DNA from: a virus
Length of the DNA: 43,161 nt
Virus genome (UHGV): UHGV-0191544
Direction: 5' to 3' (one strand)
The first letter of the stretch is position 1; each line of letters opens with the position of its first letter. Made by a program: the position numbers and the translations under genes. Positions 28,852-39,709 of this stretch are shown one piece after another. Below the pieces are notes generated by a model. The model was not told the DNA's origin. It searched no databases and saw nothing but the letters and a program-made list of their open reading frames with translations.

Positions 28852-28875
28852 GGGAGCTTCGGCTCCCTTTTTTAT
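28852..28875 (+). terminator. Intrinsic terminator immediately after the coat gene
   Basis: GGGAGC-TTCG-GCTCCC stem-loop followed by TTTTTT; approx coordinates. Confidence 0.7.
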
Positions 28876-28887
28876 CTGGAGACAAGC

Positions 28888-29136
28888 ATGACACACATGA
28901 TCTTTCGTCATGGCGACATGAAGAAATGGAAAGGCGTTGGATACGACTTTGAAATCGTGAAAGCCGAAGAGCTTCAGGAATATCTGGATGCTGGCTGGTT
29001 TGCACATCCTGATGACCTTCTGAAGGATGTTGCAGAGCCAGAGCCAGAGCCAGAGCCAGAGCCAGAAGAAAAGCAGCGTAAAAAGCCTGGTCGAAAACCT
29101 AAGGCGGCATCAGATGAACCTGACAACGAAGGGTGA
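28888..29136 (+). CDS. Small protein, 82 aa, with (EP)5 repeat and basic tail; moron-like insertion between coat and gp4
   Basis: ATG 7 nt after GGAG, right after the coat terminator; overlaps gp4 start by about 23 nt. Confidence 0.45.
   Translation: MTHMIFRHGDMKKWKGVGYDFEIVKAEELQEYLDAGWFAHPDDLLKDVAEPEPEPEPEPEEKQRKKPGRKPKAASDEPDNEG
29035..29064 (+). repeat. Hexanucleotide tandem repeat (GAGCCA)x5
   Basis: Five perfect tandem copies; encodes [10 protein letters not shown] in the 28888 frame. Confidence 0.8.
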
Positions 29137-29614
29137 TTTAGTTCTTGCGGCATTACGTAAGCTCGGTGTGGCATCAAATGCCACGTTAACCGATGTCGAA
29201 CCGCAGTCTATGGAAGACGGCGTCAACGACCTTGAAATGATGATGGCTGAATGGCTTGGCGGTGATGTGTCACCAGGTATCAACGTTGGCTACATTTTCG
29301 CTGATGCAGATGTCGCTCCAGATCCGGGAGATGAGCACGGTTTATCAAATAACGCTATCAATGCCGTCATTTTCAACCTTGCCTGCCGCATTGCTCCGGA
29401 TTATGCGCTGGAAGCGTCAGCAAAACTTATAACCACTGCCAGATACGGGAAAGAGCGACTCGTCAAACTGCCTGCAATGGACAGAGCAAAAGCCGCTAAA
29501 TGTAAGTCCGGTTATCCAAACCGTATGCCTGTTGGTAGCGGTAACCAGTTGGCGAAGTGGAACGGTTGGAATTACTTCCACCGAAAGGAACCTTGCGATA
29601 ACGGGAGCGAATAA
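29114..29614 (+). CDS. Head completion / tail adaptor protein (P22 gp4)
   Basis: Internal Met of track ORF 29027..29614; 166 aa; [16 protein letters not shown] matches gp4 as recalled. Confidence 0.8.
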   Translation: MNLTTKGDLVLAALRKLGVASNATLTDVEPQSMEDGVNDLEMMMAEWLGGDVSPGINVGYIFADADVAPDPGDEHGLSNNAINAVIFNLACRIAPDYALEASAKLITTARYGKERLVKLPAMDRAKAAKCKSGYPNRMPVGSGNQLAKWNGWNYFHRKEPCDNGSE

Positions 29615-31032
29615 TGCCGATTCAGCAACTTCCGCTCATGAAAGGTGTCGGCAAAGACTTCCGAAATGCCGACTATATCGACTATCTGCCAGTGAATATG
29701 CTGGCTACACCCAAAGAAATCCTGAACAGCAGCGGATATCTTCGCTCATTCCCGGGCATTGCCAAACGTTCTGATGTGAACGGAGTATCGCGAGGCGTCG
29801 AGTACAACATGGCGCAGAATGCTGTTTATCGCGTGTGTGGCGGCAAGTTGTATAAGGGTGAAAGCGAAGTCGGTGACGTCGCCGGAAGTGGTCGTGTATC
29901 AATGGCGCATGGTCGGACATCACAGGCGGTAGGCGTTAATGGTCAACTGGTCGAATACCGCTATGATGGCACGGTTAAAACCGTCTCAAACTGGCCTACA
30001 GATAGCGGATTCACTCAGTATGAGTTAGGCTCAGTCCGCGACATTACACGCTTACGTGGGCGTTATGCGTGGTCAAAAGACGGCACTGATTCATGGTTCA
30101 TCACTGACCTTGAAGACGAATCGCATCCTGACCGTTACAGTGCACAATATCGTGCCGAGTCTCAGCCTGATGGCATCATCGGCATAGGAACATGGCGAGA
30201 CTTCATCGTCTGCTTTGGTTCATCGACGATTGAATATTTCTCCCTGACAGGTGCAACCACCGTTGGTGCCGCTTTGTATGTCGCACAGCCATCACTGATG
30301 GTGCAGAAAGGCATTGCCGGGACTTACTGCAAAACGCCATTCGCTGATTCTTATGCGTTCATCAGCAATCCGGCAACTGGTGCGCCGTCTGTGTATATCA
30401 TCGGCTCCGGTCAGGTTTCACCAATCGCCAGCGCGAGCATTGAGAAAATCCTCCGCTCCTACACTGCTGATGAACTGGCTGATGGTGTGATGGAATCGCT
30501 GAGATTTGATGCTCATGAGTTGCTGATTATCCACCTTCCGCGCCATGTTCTCGTGTACGACGCATCTTCAAGCGCCAATGGTCCGCAATGGTGTGTACTG
30601 AAAACAGGCCTGTATGACGATGTGTACCGCGCTATCGACTTCATTTACGAAGGCAATCAGATAACGTGCGGCGATAAGCTTGAATCGATGACAGGGAAAT
30701 TGCAGTTCGATATCAGCAGCCAGTACGACAAGCAACAGGAACACCTGCTGTTTACTCCGTTGTTCAAAGCGGATAACGCCAGAGTGTTCGATCTTGAGGT
30801 TGAATCGTCAACTGGCGTTGCGCAGTACGCCGACCGCCTGTTCCTCTCTGCAACCACTGACGGCATAAATTACGGACGTGAGCAGATGATTGAACAGAAT
30901 GAACCGTTCGTTTACGACAAACGTGTTTTGTGGAAGCGTGTCGGGCGCATCAGGAAAAATGTCGGCTTCAAATTGCGAGTTATCACGAAGTCACCTGTCA
31001 CTCTGTCAGGCTGCCAGATAAGGATTGAGTAA
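29614..31032 (+). CDS. Tail hub protein (P22 gp10)
   Basis: 472 aa, same as P22 gp10; position. Confidence 0.85.
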   Translation: MPIQQLPLMKGVGKDFRNADYIDYLPVNMLATPKEILNSSGYLRSFPGIAKRSDVNGVSRGVEYNMAQNAVYRVCGGKLYKGESEVGDVAGSGRVSMAHGRTSQAVGVNGQLVEYRYDGTVKTVSNWPTDSGFTQYELGSVRDITRLRGRYAWSKDGTDSWFITDLEDESHPDRYSAQYRAESQPDGIIGIGTWRDFIVCFGSSTIEYFSLTGATTVGAALYVAQPSLMVQKGIAGTYCKTPFADSYAFISNPATGAPSVYIIGSGQVSPIASASIEKILRSYTADELADGVMESLRFDAHELLIIHLPRHVLVYDASSSANGPQWCVLKTGLYDDVYRAIDFIYEGNQITCGDKLESMTGKLQFDISSQYDKQQEHLLFTPLFKADNARVFDLEVESSTGVAQYADRLFLSATTDGINYGREQMIEQNEPFVYDKRVLWKRVGRIRKNVGFKLRVITKSPVTLSGCQIRIE

Positions 31033-31985
31033 TGGCTGATTCGAATCTCAATGTGCCGGTAATCATTCAGGCTACACGGCTCGACACATCAGTCCTTCCA
31101 CGCAATATCTTCTCGCAGTCGTATCTGCTTTACGTTATCGCACAGGGCACTGATGTTGGTAACGTGGCTAACAAAGCCAACGAGGCCGGACAGGGCGCTT
31201 ATGATGCACAGGTCAGGAACGATGAGCAGGATGTCACCCTTGCAGACCATGAATCCAGAATTGAAGCTGCTGAAGCAACTCTCACCAATCATGAACATAG
31301 AATTGCAGCAGCGGAAAGCACTCTTGCAGATCATGAAACAAGGATTACGGCTGCTGAAACAGAGCTGGCTGATCACGAGACGCGAATTGCTGCCAATGAA
31401 TCTGATTTAGCAAACCATGATGCGCGCATAACTCAGAATACAACCGATATCGACGCACTTGATACCAGGCTCACAGCGGCAGAGGGAAGTATTTCGACGC
31501 TACAAAGCACAGTTGGTGATCACTCAACAAGAATATCTGCGCTTGAGTATGCCATCACGCGCAAGAAATCAGAGGTTGTTTACTCAGGAGTATCTGTAAC
31601 CATCCCGACAGCGCCGACCAGCCTTGTTAGCCTACTAAAAACGCTCACGCCGTCATCCGGCACGTTAGCACCATTCTTCGACACCGTTAACAACAAGATG
31701 GTTGTGTTCAACGAGAACAAAACCCTGTTCTTCAAGCTGTCGATTGTCGGGACGTGGCCCAGCGGAACCGCCAACAGATCAATGCAACTAACCTTTTCCG
31801 GCTCTGTTCCTGACACACTTGTGAGCAGTCGTAATGCGGCGACAACAACCGATAACATCTTGTTAGCTACGTTCTTCAGCGTGGATAAAGACGGATTTCT
31901 TGCCACAAATGGCAGTACGTTAACCATCCAGTCAAATGGTGCGGCGTTTACTGCCACAACCATCAAGATAATCGCGGAGCAGTGA
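31032..31985 (+). CDS. Tail needle (P22 gp26-like) with extended C-terminal domain
   Basis: N-terminus matches gp26 ([14 protein letters not shown]...); heptad repeats; 317 aa versus 233 aa in P22. Confidence 0.8.
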   Translation: MADSNLNVPVIIQATRLDTSVLPRNIFSQSYLLYVIAQGTDVGNVANKANEAGQGAYDAQVRNDEQDVTLADHESRIEAAEATLTNHEHRIAAAESTLADHETRITAAETELADHETRIAANESDLANHDARITQNTTDIDALDTRLTAAEGSISTLQSTVGDHSTRISALEYAITRKKSEVVYSGVSVTIPTAPTSLVSLLKTLTPSSGTLAPFFDTVNNKMVVFNENKTLFFKLSIVGTWPSGTANRSMQLTFSGSVPDTLVSSRNAATTTDNILLATFFSVDKDGFLATNGSTLTIQSNGAAFTATTIKIIAEQ

Positions 31986-32440
31986 TGATTCAGTTCAAAC
32001 CAACGCGAAACATCGACCTGATCGAAGCAGTCGGAAATCACCCTGACATTATTGCCGGAAGCAACAACGGTGATGGATACGACTACAAGCCTGAATGCCG
32101 TTACTTTGAGGTGAACGTGCACGGTCAGTTTGGCGGCATTGTTTACTATCAGGAGATTCAGCCGCTGACATTCGATTGCCACGCCATGTACCTGCCAGAG
32201 GTTCGTGGATTCAGCAAGGAAATCGGGCTGGCGTTCTGGCGATACATTCTGACTAACACCACCGTTCAGTGCGTCACATCGTTCGCTGCGCGCAAATTCC
32301 GCCACGGGCAGATGTACTGCGCAATGATTGGCCTTAAGCGTGTCGGAACCATCAAGAAATACTTTAAAGGCGTGGATGACGTGACTTTTTACAGCGCCAC
32401 ACGCGAAGAACTAATCGACTTCCTGAATCACGGGAGATAG
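31982..32440 (+). CDS. P22 gp14-like protein
   Basis: Position between tail needle and ejection proteins; 152 aa. Confidence 0.65.
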   Translation: MMIQFKPTRNIDLIEAVGNHPDIIAGSNNGDGYDYKPECRYFEVNVHGQFGGIVYYQEIQPLTFDCHAMYLPEVRGFSKEIGLAFWRYILTNTTVQCVTSFAARKFRHGQMYCAMIGLKRVGTIKKYFKGVDDVTFYSATREELIDFLNHGR

Positions 32441-32442
32441 CC

Positions 32443-33138
32443 ATGTTATATGCATTTAAGCTGGGCAGAAAACTGCGCGGCGAGGAACCTTATTGCCCTG
32501 AAAAAGGCGGGAAAGGTGGCAGTTCTGATAAAAGCGCAAAGTATGCCGCAGAAGCTCAGAAGTATGCCGCAGACCTGCAAAATAAACAGTGGCAGACGAT
32601 CATGAAAAACCTTGCTCGGTTCACGCCGCTTGCGGAGCAGTATGTTAACCAGCTTCAGAATCTTTCCAGTTTAGAAGGACAGGGGCAGGCACTTAATCAG
32701 TATTACAACTCTCAGCAGTATAAAGACCTTGCAGGTCAGGCGCGTTACCAGAGTCTTGCTGCTGCGGAGGCGACGGGAGGACTTGGCTCGACAGCCACAA
32801 GCAATCAACTGGCCACGATTGCCCCGACTCTCGGTCAGTCGTGGTTGTCGAACCAGATGAGCAACTACAACAATCTGGCAAACATTGGCCTTGGTGCGCT
32901 GCAAGGTCAGGCGAACGCCGGGCAGACATACGCCAACAACATGAGCAGCATTGCGCAGCAAAGCGCAGCTCTTGCCGCTGCTAATGCCAATAAACCATCA
33001 GGCCTTCAGACAGCAATTAGCGGCGGAGCTTCAGGGGCTATGACTGGCGCTGCTCTTGGCTCTATTGTTCCCGGGCTTGGCACTGGATTAGGTGCGGCAA
33101 TTGGCGGCGGACTTGGCCTGCTTGGCTCGTTGTTTTAA
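32443..33138 (+). CDS. Ejection protein (P22 gp7-like)
   Basis: 231 aa; Gly/Ala-rich C-terminus; position. Confidence 0.7.
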   Translation: MLYAFKLGRKLRGEEPYCPEKGGKGGSSDKSAKYAAEAQKYAADLQNKQWQTIMKNLARFTPLAEQYVNQLQNLSSLEGQGQALNQYYNSQQYKDLAGQARYQSLAAAEATGGLGSTATSNQLATIAPTLGQSWLSNQMSNYNNLANIGLGALQGQANAGQTYANNMSSIAQQSAALAAANANKPSGLQTAISGGASGAMTGAALGSIVPGLGTGLGAAIGGGLGLLGSLF

Positions 33139-33147
33139 GGGGTAATC

Positions 33148-34536
33148 ATGGCTACTTGGCAAGGATCAAATGGCGGATTGTTGGCTGGTATCGGCGGTGT
33201 CAACTCAAACGCTCCGAGCGTAAATGACATCGGCAATACGCTTCAGCTTATCAGGCAGAACAATGATATTGAGCGTTCAGGCGCTAACAATGTTGGGCTG
33301 ACTGCTTTGCAAGGCCTTTCAGGTATTGCGGGGGTGTTTCAGCAGGAAAAGCAGGCTCAGCGGCAGAAAGAATTTCAGCAGGCATACGCTAATGCTTATG
33401 CGTCTGGTGATCGCGGTGCTTTGCGTCAGTTGGCTACTCAATATCCAGACCAGATTGAATCCGTTCGTAAAGGCATGGGATTCATTGATGAAGACCAGCG
33501 CAATTCTATCGGCACCTTAGCGGCTGGCGCTCGTCTTGCGGCATCGTCTCCAGAAGCAATGCAATCATGGCTGCAAAACAACGCCAAGGAACTGACTCGC
33601 GTCGGTGTTGACCCTAACAACGTTGCTCAGATGTATCAGCAGAATCCTTCAGGATTTGGTGAGTTTGTTGATCACCTTGGGATGGCTGCGCTTGGTCCGA
33701 TTGATTACTTCAATGTTCAGGACAAGATGGCTGGTCGTGAGATTGATCGCGGAAAACTTGCAGAGACAATCCGCAGCAATCAGGCTGGCGAGGCGCTAAC
33801 AGCACGAGGCCAGAACATCACGATGCGCGGTCAGGACTTATCTGCTTCTACTGCGCGACGCGGGCAGGATTTGGCAATGCAGCGAGCGTCAACAAGAGGA
33901 ACCGCTGGGAATGATGAGCGTACAGTTCAGTTATCAGATGGCAGAACTGTAACGGTAGGCGGGAAACTTCACGGCGCTGGGGCTAATGCGTTCTACGAAG
34001 GCATCGACAACGAGGGGAATATGGTTCGCGTTCCTGCCAGTTCAATCGCAGCGCCTGCAACATCGTCTGCATCAGCACAAAACTATGCCATGAAGAAGGA
34101 TATCGACGCGATCGCAAATGCAGACGCTTCTGCTCTCGATTTCATGACAGGAATGACAGGCGGTGCAGGTAATCCAGCAATTGGTGCTGATGTTCGCAGC
34201 CGATTAACAGGAAAAGAGCAGCGCCAGTTATATAACTCAGCACAACGTATTCAGGGCAGAATGCAGAATCAGGGTGTGGCGGCAGCAAGGGACATGGGTG
34301 CCAGTGGTATTAACACCGTTGCAGAAGCGAAGATGTATTTTCAGGGGATGCCGCAGGTTGACTATTCAAGCCCGGAGGCTATGCAGCAGTCGATTCGTGA
34401 GATTCAGGAATACACCAACAATTACAACCAACAATATAACGTTAATGTTGGTAAATCTCAGCGGCAGCAATCTCAACCTGCACAGGTATCACAGCCAGCA
34501 GCCAGCAGTAACTTTTCTTCACTATGGGGTGATTAA
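33148..34536 (+). CDS. Ejection protein (P22 gp20-like)
   Basis: 462 aa; position. Confidence 0.7.
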   Translation: MATWQGSNGGLLAGIGGVNSNAPSVNDIGNTLQLIRQNNDIERSGANNVGLTALQGLSGIAGVFQQEKQAQRQKEFQQAYANAYASGDRGALRQLATQYPDQIESVRKGMGFIDEDQRNSIGTLAAGARLAASSPEAMQSWLQNNAKELTRVGVDPNNVAQMYQQNPSGFGEFVDHLGMAALGPIDYFNVQDKMAGREIDRGKLAETIRSNQAGEALTARGQNITMRGQDLSASTARRGQDLAMQRASTRGTAGNDERTVQLSDGRTVTVGGKLHGAGANAFYEGIDNEGNMVRVPASSIAAPATSSASAQNYAMKKDIDAIANADASALDFMTGMTGGAGNPAIGADVRSRLTGKEQRQLYNSAQRIQGRMQNQGVAAARDMGASGINTVAEAKMYFQGMPQVDYSSPEAMQQSIREIQEYTNNYNQQYNVNVGKSQRQQSQPAQVSQPAASSNFSSLWGD

Positions 34537-36533
34537 TGGCTAAAGCATGGAAAGATGTTATCGCCTCTCCACAGTATCAGGCGTTAGCACCAGAACAAAA
34601 AGCGCAGGCTCAGGAGCAATACTTCAATGAAGTCGTGGCCCCGCAAGCCGGAGAAAATGCAGAGCAGGCTAAGCAAGCTTTCTATGCTGCCTATCCATTG
34701 CCATCTGTGCAGCAAGTGGAGACACAGCAACCAGTAGCACAGCAACAACCACAGCAAAGTGGATTTATGTCTGATCTTGGCGAAGCAGTAAAAGAGACTG
34801 GTCGCGGACTGGTGCAGGCTGGCGTGAACGTGGCAAACATACCTGCATCAGTTGCCGATGCTGTAACAAGCGCGGCGGCTTGGGCTGGCGGTAAACTCGG
34901 TATTGGCGATGGTACATATCAACCAGCACCACGAGTAACAACGCAGGGATTAGAGCAGGACTTTGGCCTTCAGCAAGGTGCGCTGACTCCACAAACGACA
35001 GAGGGAAGGGTATTTGCTGAAGCATTGCCTTACCTCACTCCTGTTGGCATTGAGAGAGCGGCGGTACAGGCACCAACACTTGCTGGTCGAATTGCTCAGG
35101 GGGCAACTCGCCTTCTCGCAGAAAACGCAGTTGGATCACTTGCTGCAAACAGTATGAAAGATGATGCGGAAGCACTCGCTACCGATTTAGGTGTTGGCGT
35201 TCTGGCAGGCGGCGCTATTAACGCTGCTGGACGTGGATTAGGTGCTGCTTATCGTGGCGTTCGCGGTGCTATTGCGCCAGAAGCGCAGCAAGCTATCAGA
35301 TTTGCAGAGCGTGAAGGAGTTCCTCTGCACACCACAGACCTGTTACAACCCACTTCCCGCGTCGGAAAAATGGCGCAGACTACAGCAGAAAATATCCCCC
35401 TGGCTGGCACAAGCGGAATGAGAGCAACACAACAGGAAGCGAGAAGCCAGTTGGTACAGAGATTTGCCGATAAATTCGGTGAGTATGATCCAGCGGTTGT
35501 TATTGACAGCCTTAAAGCGAAAACATCAGGAATTCGTCGTGCTGCCGGTAATCGACTGGAGCAGGTTCAGAATGCTATGGCTGGAGTAAACATTCAGCCT
35601 GTGCGAGCAATTCAGCAGATTGATACTGAGATATCTAACCTGCAGAAGCTTGGTAAGGTCGCTGATAACGAGACGATTTCAAAACTTCAATCCTATCGTG
35701 ATGAGCTTATTCGCAATGCTGGTCCTGATGGTCCGGTAAATCTGGATTTGAAGCAATTAAGCGATCTGCGTAGCCAGTTCAGAATGGACGTAAAGGGGGA
35801 ACGACCAGTGTTACCAAACCGTTCCGATGCTGCCATTCAGCGCGTTTACAAGGCGATGACAGACGATATCAATGGTGCCATTGGTCAGAATCTTGGCAAT
35901 GATACTCTCCGTAAATATCAGCAGGCCAATGCCGTCTACGCTGACGAAGCGGCGAAACTAAAGAATACCAGGCTGAAGAATGTTCTCATGAAAGGCGACC
36001 TGACACCGGAAGTTGTCAACAACATGCTATTCAGCAAGAACAAATCGGAAATTAAGACGCTGTATAACTCAGTTGGTCGTGTTGGCAGGGCGCAAATGCG
36101 CAATGGCATCATTGGAAAGGCGATGGAGAAATCTGGCGGATCCCCTGACCAGTTCCTTCGACAGCTTAACATCCTGCAAAACCAGACTGGCATCACATTT
36201 AAGGGGCAGGACGCTGCATATCTGAAAGGATTGAAAAACTACCTGCAATCCACGCAGCAGGCTGCAAAAGCGGCAGTAACAACACCAACAGGGCAGCAAA
36301 CCATCCCGTTCATTATCGGATATGGGACAGCAATGAACCCTGCGACAACTGGCGCAGCGGTAAGCTACGGACTTCTTACTCGCGCCTATGAGAGCGAGCC
36401 ATTCAGAAATGCAATGCTCCGAATGGCAAACACCCCACGCGGATCAACAGCCTTTGAGAAAGCAATGCAGCAGGCACAAAAGGCAATTAACGCTATGACG
36501 CAGGGGGCTAAGTCTGATGCGTTGTCAGAATAG
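34536..36533 (+). CDS. Ejection protein (P22 gp16-like)
   Basis: 665 aa; position. Confidence 0.7.
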   Translation: MAKAWKDVIASPQYQALAPEQKAQAQEQYFNEVVAPQAGENAEQAKQAFYAAYPLPSVQQVETQQPVAQQQPQQSGFMSDLGEAVKETGRGLVQAGVNVANIPASVADAVTSAAAWAGGKLGIGDGTYQPAPRVTTQGLEQDFGLQQGALTPQTTEGRVFAEALPYLTPVGIERAAVQAPTLAGRIAQGATRLLAENAVGSLAANSMKDDAEALATDLGVGVLAGGAINAAGRGLGAAYRGVRGAIAPEAQQAIRFAEREGVPLHTTDLLQPTSRVGKMAQTTAENIPLAGTSGMRATQQEARSQLVQRFADKFGEYDPAVVIDSLKAKTSGIRRAAGNRLEQVQNAMAGVNIQPVRAIQQIDTEISNLQKLGKVADNETISKLQSYRDELIRNAGPDGPVNLDLKQLSDLRSQFRMDVKGERPVLPNRSDAAIQRVYKAMTDDINGAIGQNLGNDTLRKYQQANAVYADEAAKLKNTRLKNVLMKGDLTPEVVNNMLFSKNKSEIKTLYNSVGRVGRAQMRNGIIGKAMEKSGGSPDQFLRQLNILQNQTGITFKGQDAAYLKGLKNYLQSTQQAAKAAVTTPTGQQTIPFIIGYGTAMNPATTGAAVSYGLLTRAYESEPFRNAMLRMANTPRGSTAFEKAMQQAQKAINAMTQGAKSDALSE

Positions 36534-36623
36534 CTTTTCAAACACCAGGAACGTGCAAAAACCAAATATGTAGAACGCGAGGTTTATCGTATCCCTCTGC
36601 ATAGGCGATACCTTTGCTGATTG

Positions 36624-37109
36624 TTATCTGATGTTACTGCTACTGTTGCATGTGACTGTATTTCCAAACCCTGAATTGCAGTTTGTGTAAGTGTCAACTC
36701 GTGTTGGATAGGGTTGAGTTATAACAGGCTGTCTCGCTTTTTGCTCGATCGCTTGCATTGTGTTTACAGCCTGATAATTCAATAAAGCCTGCTGGAATGC
36801 TTGGCTTTGTGCTATTTGTTGGGCTTGTTCTTGGCTTTGTAATTGAACATAAAGATTCTGAAGCTCAAGTCTTGCCTGTGCGTCACTTATCTTGCCTTCA
36901 TCGACACCTTGCCCGAGCATCTTTGCAGCAAGGACATACAGCTTAGGTGTTGGTGCTGATGCCATGCGTGAGTCGTTCTTCACACTGGCATCAAGGCAAT
37001 TAGCCATATCGCTAAGCTTTTGATAGCGTTGTTCGCAACTTGCTTGATAGTCACTTACTTTTGCGCATCCAACCAGCAGAAGCGGGATAATTAACAGTGA
37101 TTTTTTCAT
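36624..37109 (-). CDS. Lipoprotein with Gln-rich coiled-coil region, in the immI/sieA position
   Basis: Internal Met gives MKKSLLIIPLLLVGC signal peptide with lipobox; SD GGAGAG; opposite strand to late operon. Confidence 0.6.
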   Translation of the reverse strand: MKKSLLIIPLLLVGCAKVSDYQASCEQRYQKLSDMANCLDASVKNDSRMASAPTPKLYVLAAKMLGQGVDEGKISDAQARLELQNLYVQLQSQEQAQQIAQSQAFQQALLNYQAVNTMQAIEQKARQPVITQPYPTRVDTYTNCNSGFGNTVTCNSSSNIR

Positions 37110-37179
37110 ATGGTTAACTCTCCTTAGTTTTTCACAGGATAGCATGAAGGCAATGCCATTTTAGCCGGAAACTAGATTT

Positions 37180-37446
37180 CTATGTTTCCTTTTTATTATT
37201 GCTATACATGGTCTTAAGCGTTTCAAATACCATTTTCTTAACCATATCAGATTGTTGTTCTGCCATACGCTCTGCATCATCAATGTAAACGGATGCAGAG
37301 CTTTGTTTAGCCAACGATTCTTCAATCGCTGCAATTATCTCTGAGTTCAGCGATCTGTTATTCATCTTCGCACGCTGCTTAATTTTCGCGTGGAGTTCAT
37401 GCGGAAGTCTCAAGTGAAACTGCGCCTCATCGTATTTGCTGTACAT
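37180..37446 (-). CDS. mnt: Mnt-like ribbon-helix-helix repressor
   Basis: Matches P22 Mnt as recalled (NGRSMNSEL..., NDAERLADEQSELVKKMVFDTLK). Confidence 0.8.
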   Translation of the reverse strand: MYSKYDEAQFHLRLPHELHAKIKQRAKMNNRSLNSEIIAAIEESLAKQSSASVYIDDAERMAEQQSDMVKKMVFETLKTMYSNNKKET

Positions 37447-37567
37447 CCTTGATGCCTCACCAGTTGGGTGGAATTGCATCGTAACCTACTGGATAAATAC
37501 TCAATAGTACCATTTCGGTATGCAATCACATCATGGTTGCATCATATCATTCGTCTGGAGCAATGAA

Positions 37568-39640
37568 ATGTCAGATATCACCGCAAATGTTGTGGTAAGC
37601 ATGCCTTCGCAACTCTTCACTATGGCTCGTTCTTTTAAAGCGGTTGCCAATGGAAAAATTTATATCGGTAAAATTGACACTGACCCGGTAAATCCTGAAA
37701 ACCAGATTCAGGTTTATGTGGAGAACGAAGACGGTTCTCACGTTCCTGTTTCGCAACCAATAATCATTAACGCTGCTGGTTACCCTGTATATAACGGACA
37801 GATTGCCAAATTCGTAACTGTGAAAGCCCATTCTATGGCTGTTTATGATGCGTATGGTGCACGGCAGTTTTATTTTGGAAATATCATCCAATATGATGCA
37901 AAGCAAATCCTTGCTATTTTGTCTGGAGATATCGGTGCAACTTTTGTCGGGTGGAGAAAAAGAAAGTTAAACGACATACTTGATTCAATCTCTATAAGAT
38001 CTGATGACTTTCTTACTCTTCATGATTGGGCGGCTTATCCTGCTAAGCATAAAATTCTTGCTGGAGGAAATTACAATTTATCTTCAAGGCTGGAGATTGA
38101 TTGTGAGACATTATCTGTTGAAGGCGTAGCAAATATAAATGTAGGTGATTCATTTGTTGCTATGTATTTTGGTACAAATCAGCGAGATTTACTAACCACT
38201 ATTAGCTCTAATATTTCAAAAGGAATAACCAGTCTCACTGTTGATAATGTTCAGGAAGGAGATACTTTATGCTTTTATAATCCTTCAGATTTTTCATGGT
38301 CTGGACACAGGAATTATTATCGTGGCGGAGAGTTTGTTAAGGTGGTTAGGTATTCGAATGGGATTGCGTACTTCAATGGAGGGACAAAAGCCGCATACCC
38401 ATCCGGAACTCAAGTTTATAAGCTAAAAACAAAAAAAGTTTCTGTAAATGGGACTTTTGTATTTAATTTTCCTTCATACCACAAAAACGCCATGGCCATG
38501 CAATTCGAGCAGGTAGCTGATGGTAACTTTGACAATCTCGTCGTCACATCTCACACTGCGCCTTATGCCGTTCAGTTTAAACGTTGTTTCAATCTTGCTG
38601 GCAAGGGAATGCGTATCACACAGGAGTCTCCTTCTGTAAGTTTTGGCTTAGAATATGCCTGCTATATCTGCAATAGCCAGAATATTGATTTTGAAGGTAT
38701 ATTTTGTGCGGAGCGCCACTCAGTCACTGTGACTGGTAATGATGAAATTTGCGGTATTGTTAACCGATTTATTAGTGTTAACGCCAGCGGCGGCGCAATC
38801 ATGACTACTGGACAGGGTGGGGTGGCGGCAGCAGACTGGCACGGAAACACCGAAAAGTGTAGGTATGGTGGATATATTCAGGGGCTTGCTTGTGGAGGCT
38901 CTAAAAATAGCGCATATGGCGCTCATATCGACCACATACCGAACACTCCGGCATGGCCGAACATACTTGCTACGGAACTTAAATCAATAGAGTTTGATTT
39001 AAGCAATATCCATGTTACCGGGATAGGCGATCCGTCTTCAGTAAGCAGAGGCTGTATTGATTTTGGGGGTAACTCTACTGCATTCGGAACTAATACCGTT
39101 GATCCTGGAACGCTGAACCTTTCAGGGGCCGTTATTGATTCTCCTGCAAGCGTGTTGATTGAGATAAGAAACAGGGGGTCAGTAGCTGCGCACACCATAA
39201 ATCTTAATGGAGTTACCGCCAATGCAGAGAGCGGTAAGCACACAGTCAGGATTGCGCCGGTTGGGGAAGTTGGTATTTCTCCTTCAGATGTTTACATGGC
39301 AGGGTTTAAGATGCCTGCCGGTAGTATCTCACAGATAAACAACATGTCATCAGTAAACGTACATGGAGTTGATTTAACAGGAACCGCAACGGCTACTATA
39401 CCTGCAGGTAGCTTTTCTGTTGAGGTAACTATACCTTTCCCATCGAGTATATTAGGGGTGCCAAAGCATATCGGCTTCGGGTTAACAGGATTAATACCCC
39501 CAACGCAGAGACGGGTTGTTCTCTCAAAAAGAAATGCAACAGCAAATCAATTCCGTGTAATTGTCGCGTTGGCAACTACTGATGCAGAGCTAACGTCTGA
39601 TCTGAGTGTGGACTTCACATATCATGTATCATGGCGCTAA
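37568..39640 (+). CDS. Tailspike (P22 gp9-like head-binding domain, divergent receptor-binding domain)
   Basis: N-terminal about 115 aa matches P22 gp9 ([34 protein letters not shown]...); rest unrelated. Confidence 0.9.
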   Translation: MSDITANVVVSMPSQLFTMARSFKAVANGKIYIGKIDTDPVNPENQIQVYVENEDGSHVPVSQPIIINAAGYPVYNGQIAKFVTVKAHSMAVYDAYGARQFYFGNIIQYDAKQILAILSGDIGATFVGWRKRKLNDILDSISIRSDDFLTLHDWAAYPAKHKILAGGNYNLSSRLEIDCETLSVEGVANINVGDSFVAMYFGTNQRDLLTTISSNISKGITSLTVDNVQEGDTLCFYNPSDFSWSGHRNYYRGGEFVKVVRYSNGIAYFNGGTKAAYPSGTQVYKLKTKKVSVNGTFVFNFPSYHKNAMAMQFEQVADGNFDNLVVTSHTAPYAVQFKRCFNLAGKGMRITQESPSVSFGLEYACYICNSQNIDFEGIFCAERHSVTVTGNDEICGIVNRFISVNASGGAIMTTGQGGVAAADWHGNTEKCRYGGYIQGLACGGSKNSAYGAHIDHIPNTPAWPNILATELKSIEFDLSNIHVTGIGDPSSVSRGCIDFGGNSTAFGTNTVDPGTLNLSGAVIDSPASVLIEIRNRGSVAAHTINLNGVTANAESGKHTVRIAPVGEVGISPSDVYMAGFKMPAGSISQINNMSSVNVHGVDLTGTATATIPAGSFSVEVTIPFPSSILGVPKHIGFGLTGLIPPTQRRVVLSKRNATANQFRVIVALATTDAELTSDLSVDFTYHVSWR

Positions 39641-39709
39641 CATTATTTGAAAAAATATCGAAAAGCACCTCAACGCCTGTGAAGCCGATGAGAGGTTTTT
39701 CACGACCCA

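Noticed and set aside
31580-32305. 241-aa minus-strand ORF
   Set aside because: Lies antisense inside the well-supported tail needle and gp14 genes; long antisense frames are common in GC-rich structural genes.
39641-39709. gtr or oac O-antigen modification genes between tailspike and integrase
   Set aside because: Expected in P22-like phages but absent; the two genes are convergent and separated by only 69 bp.
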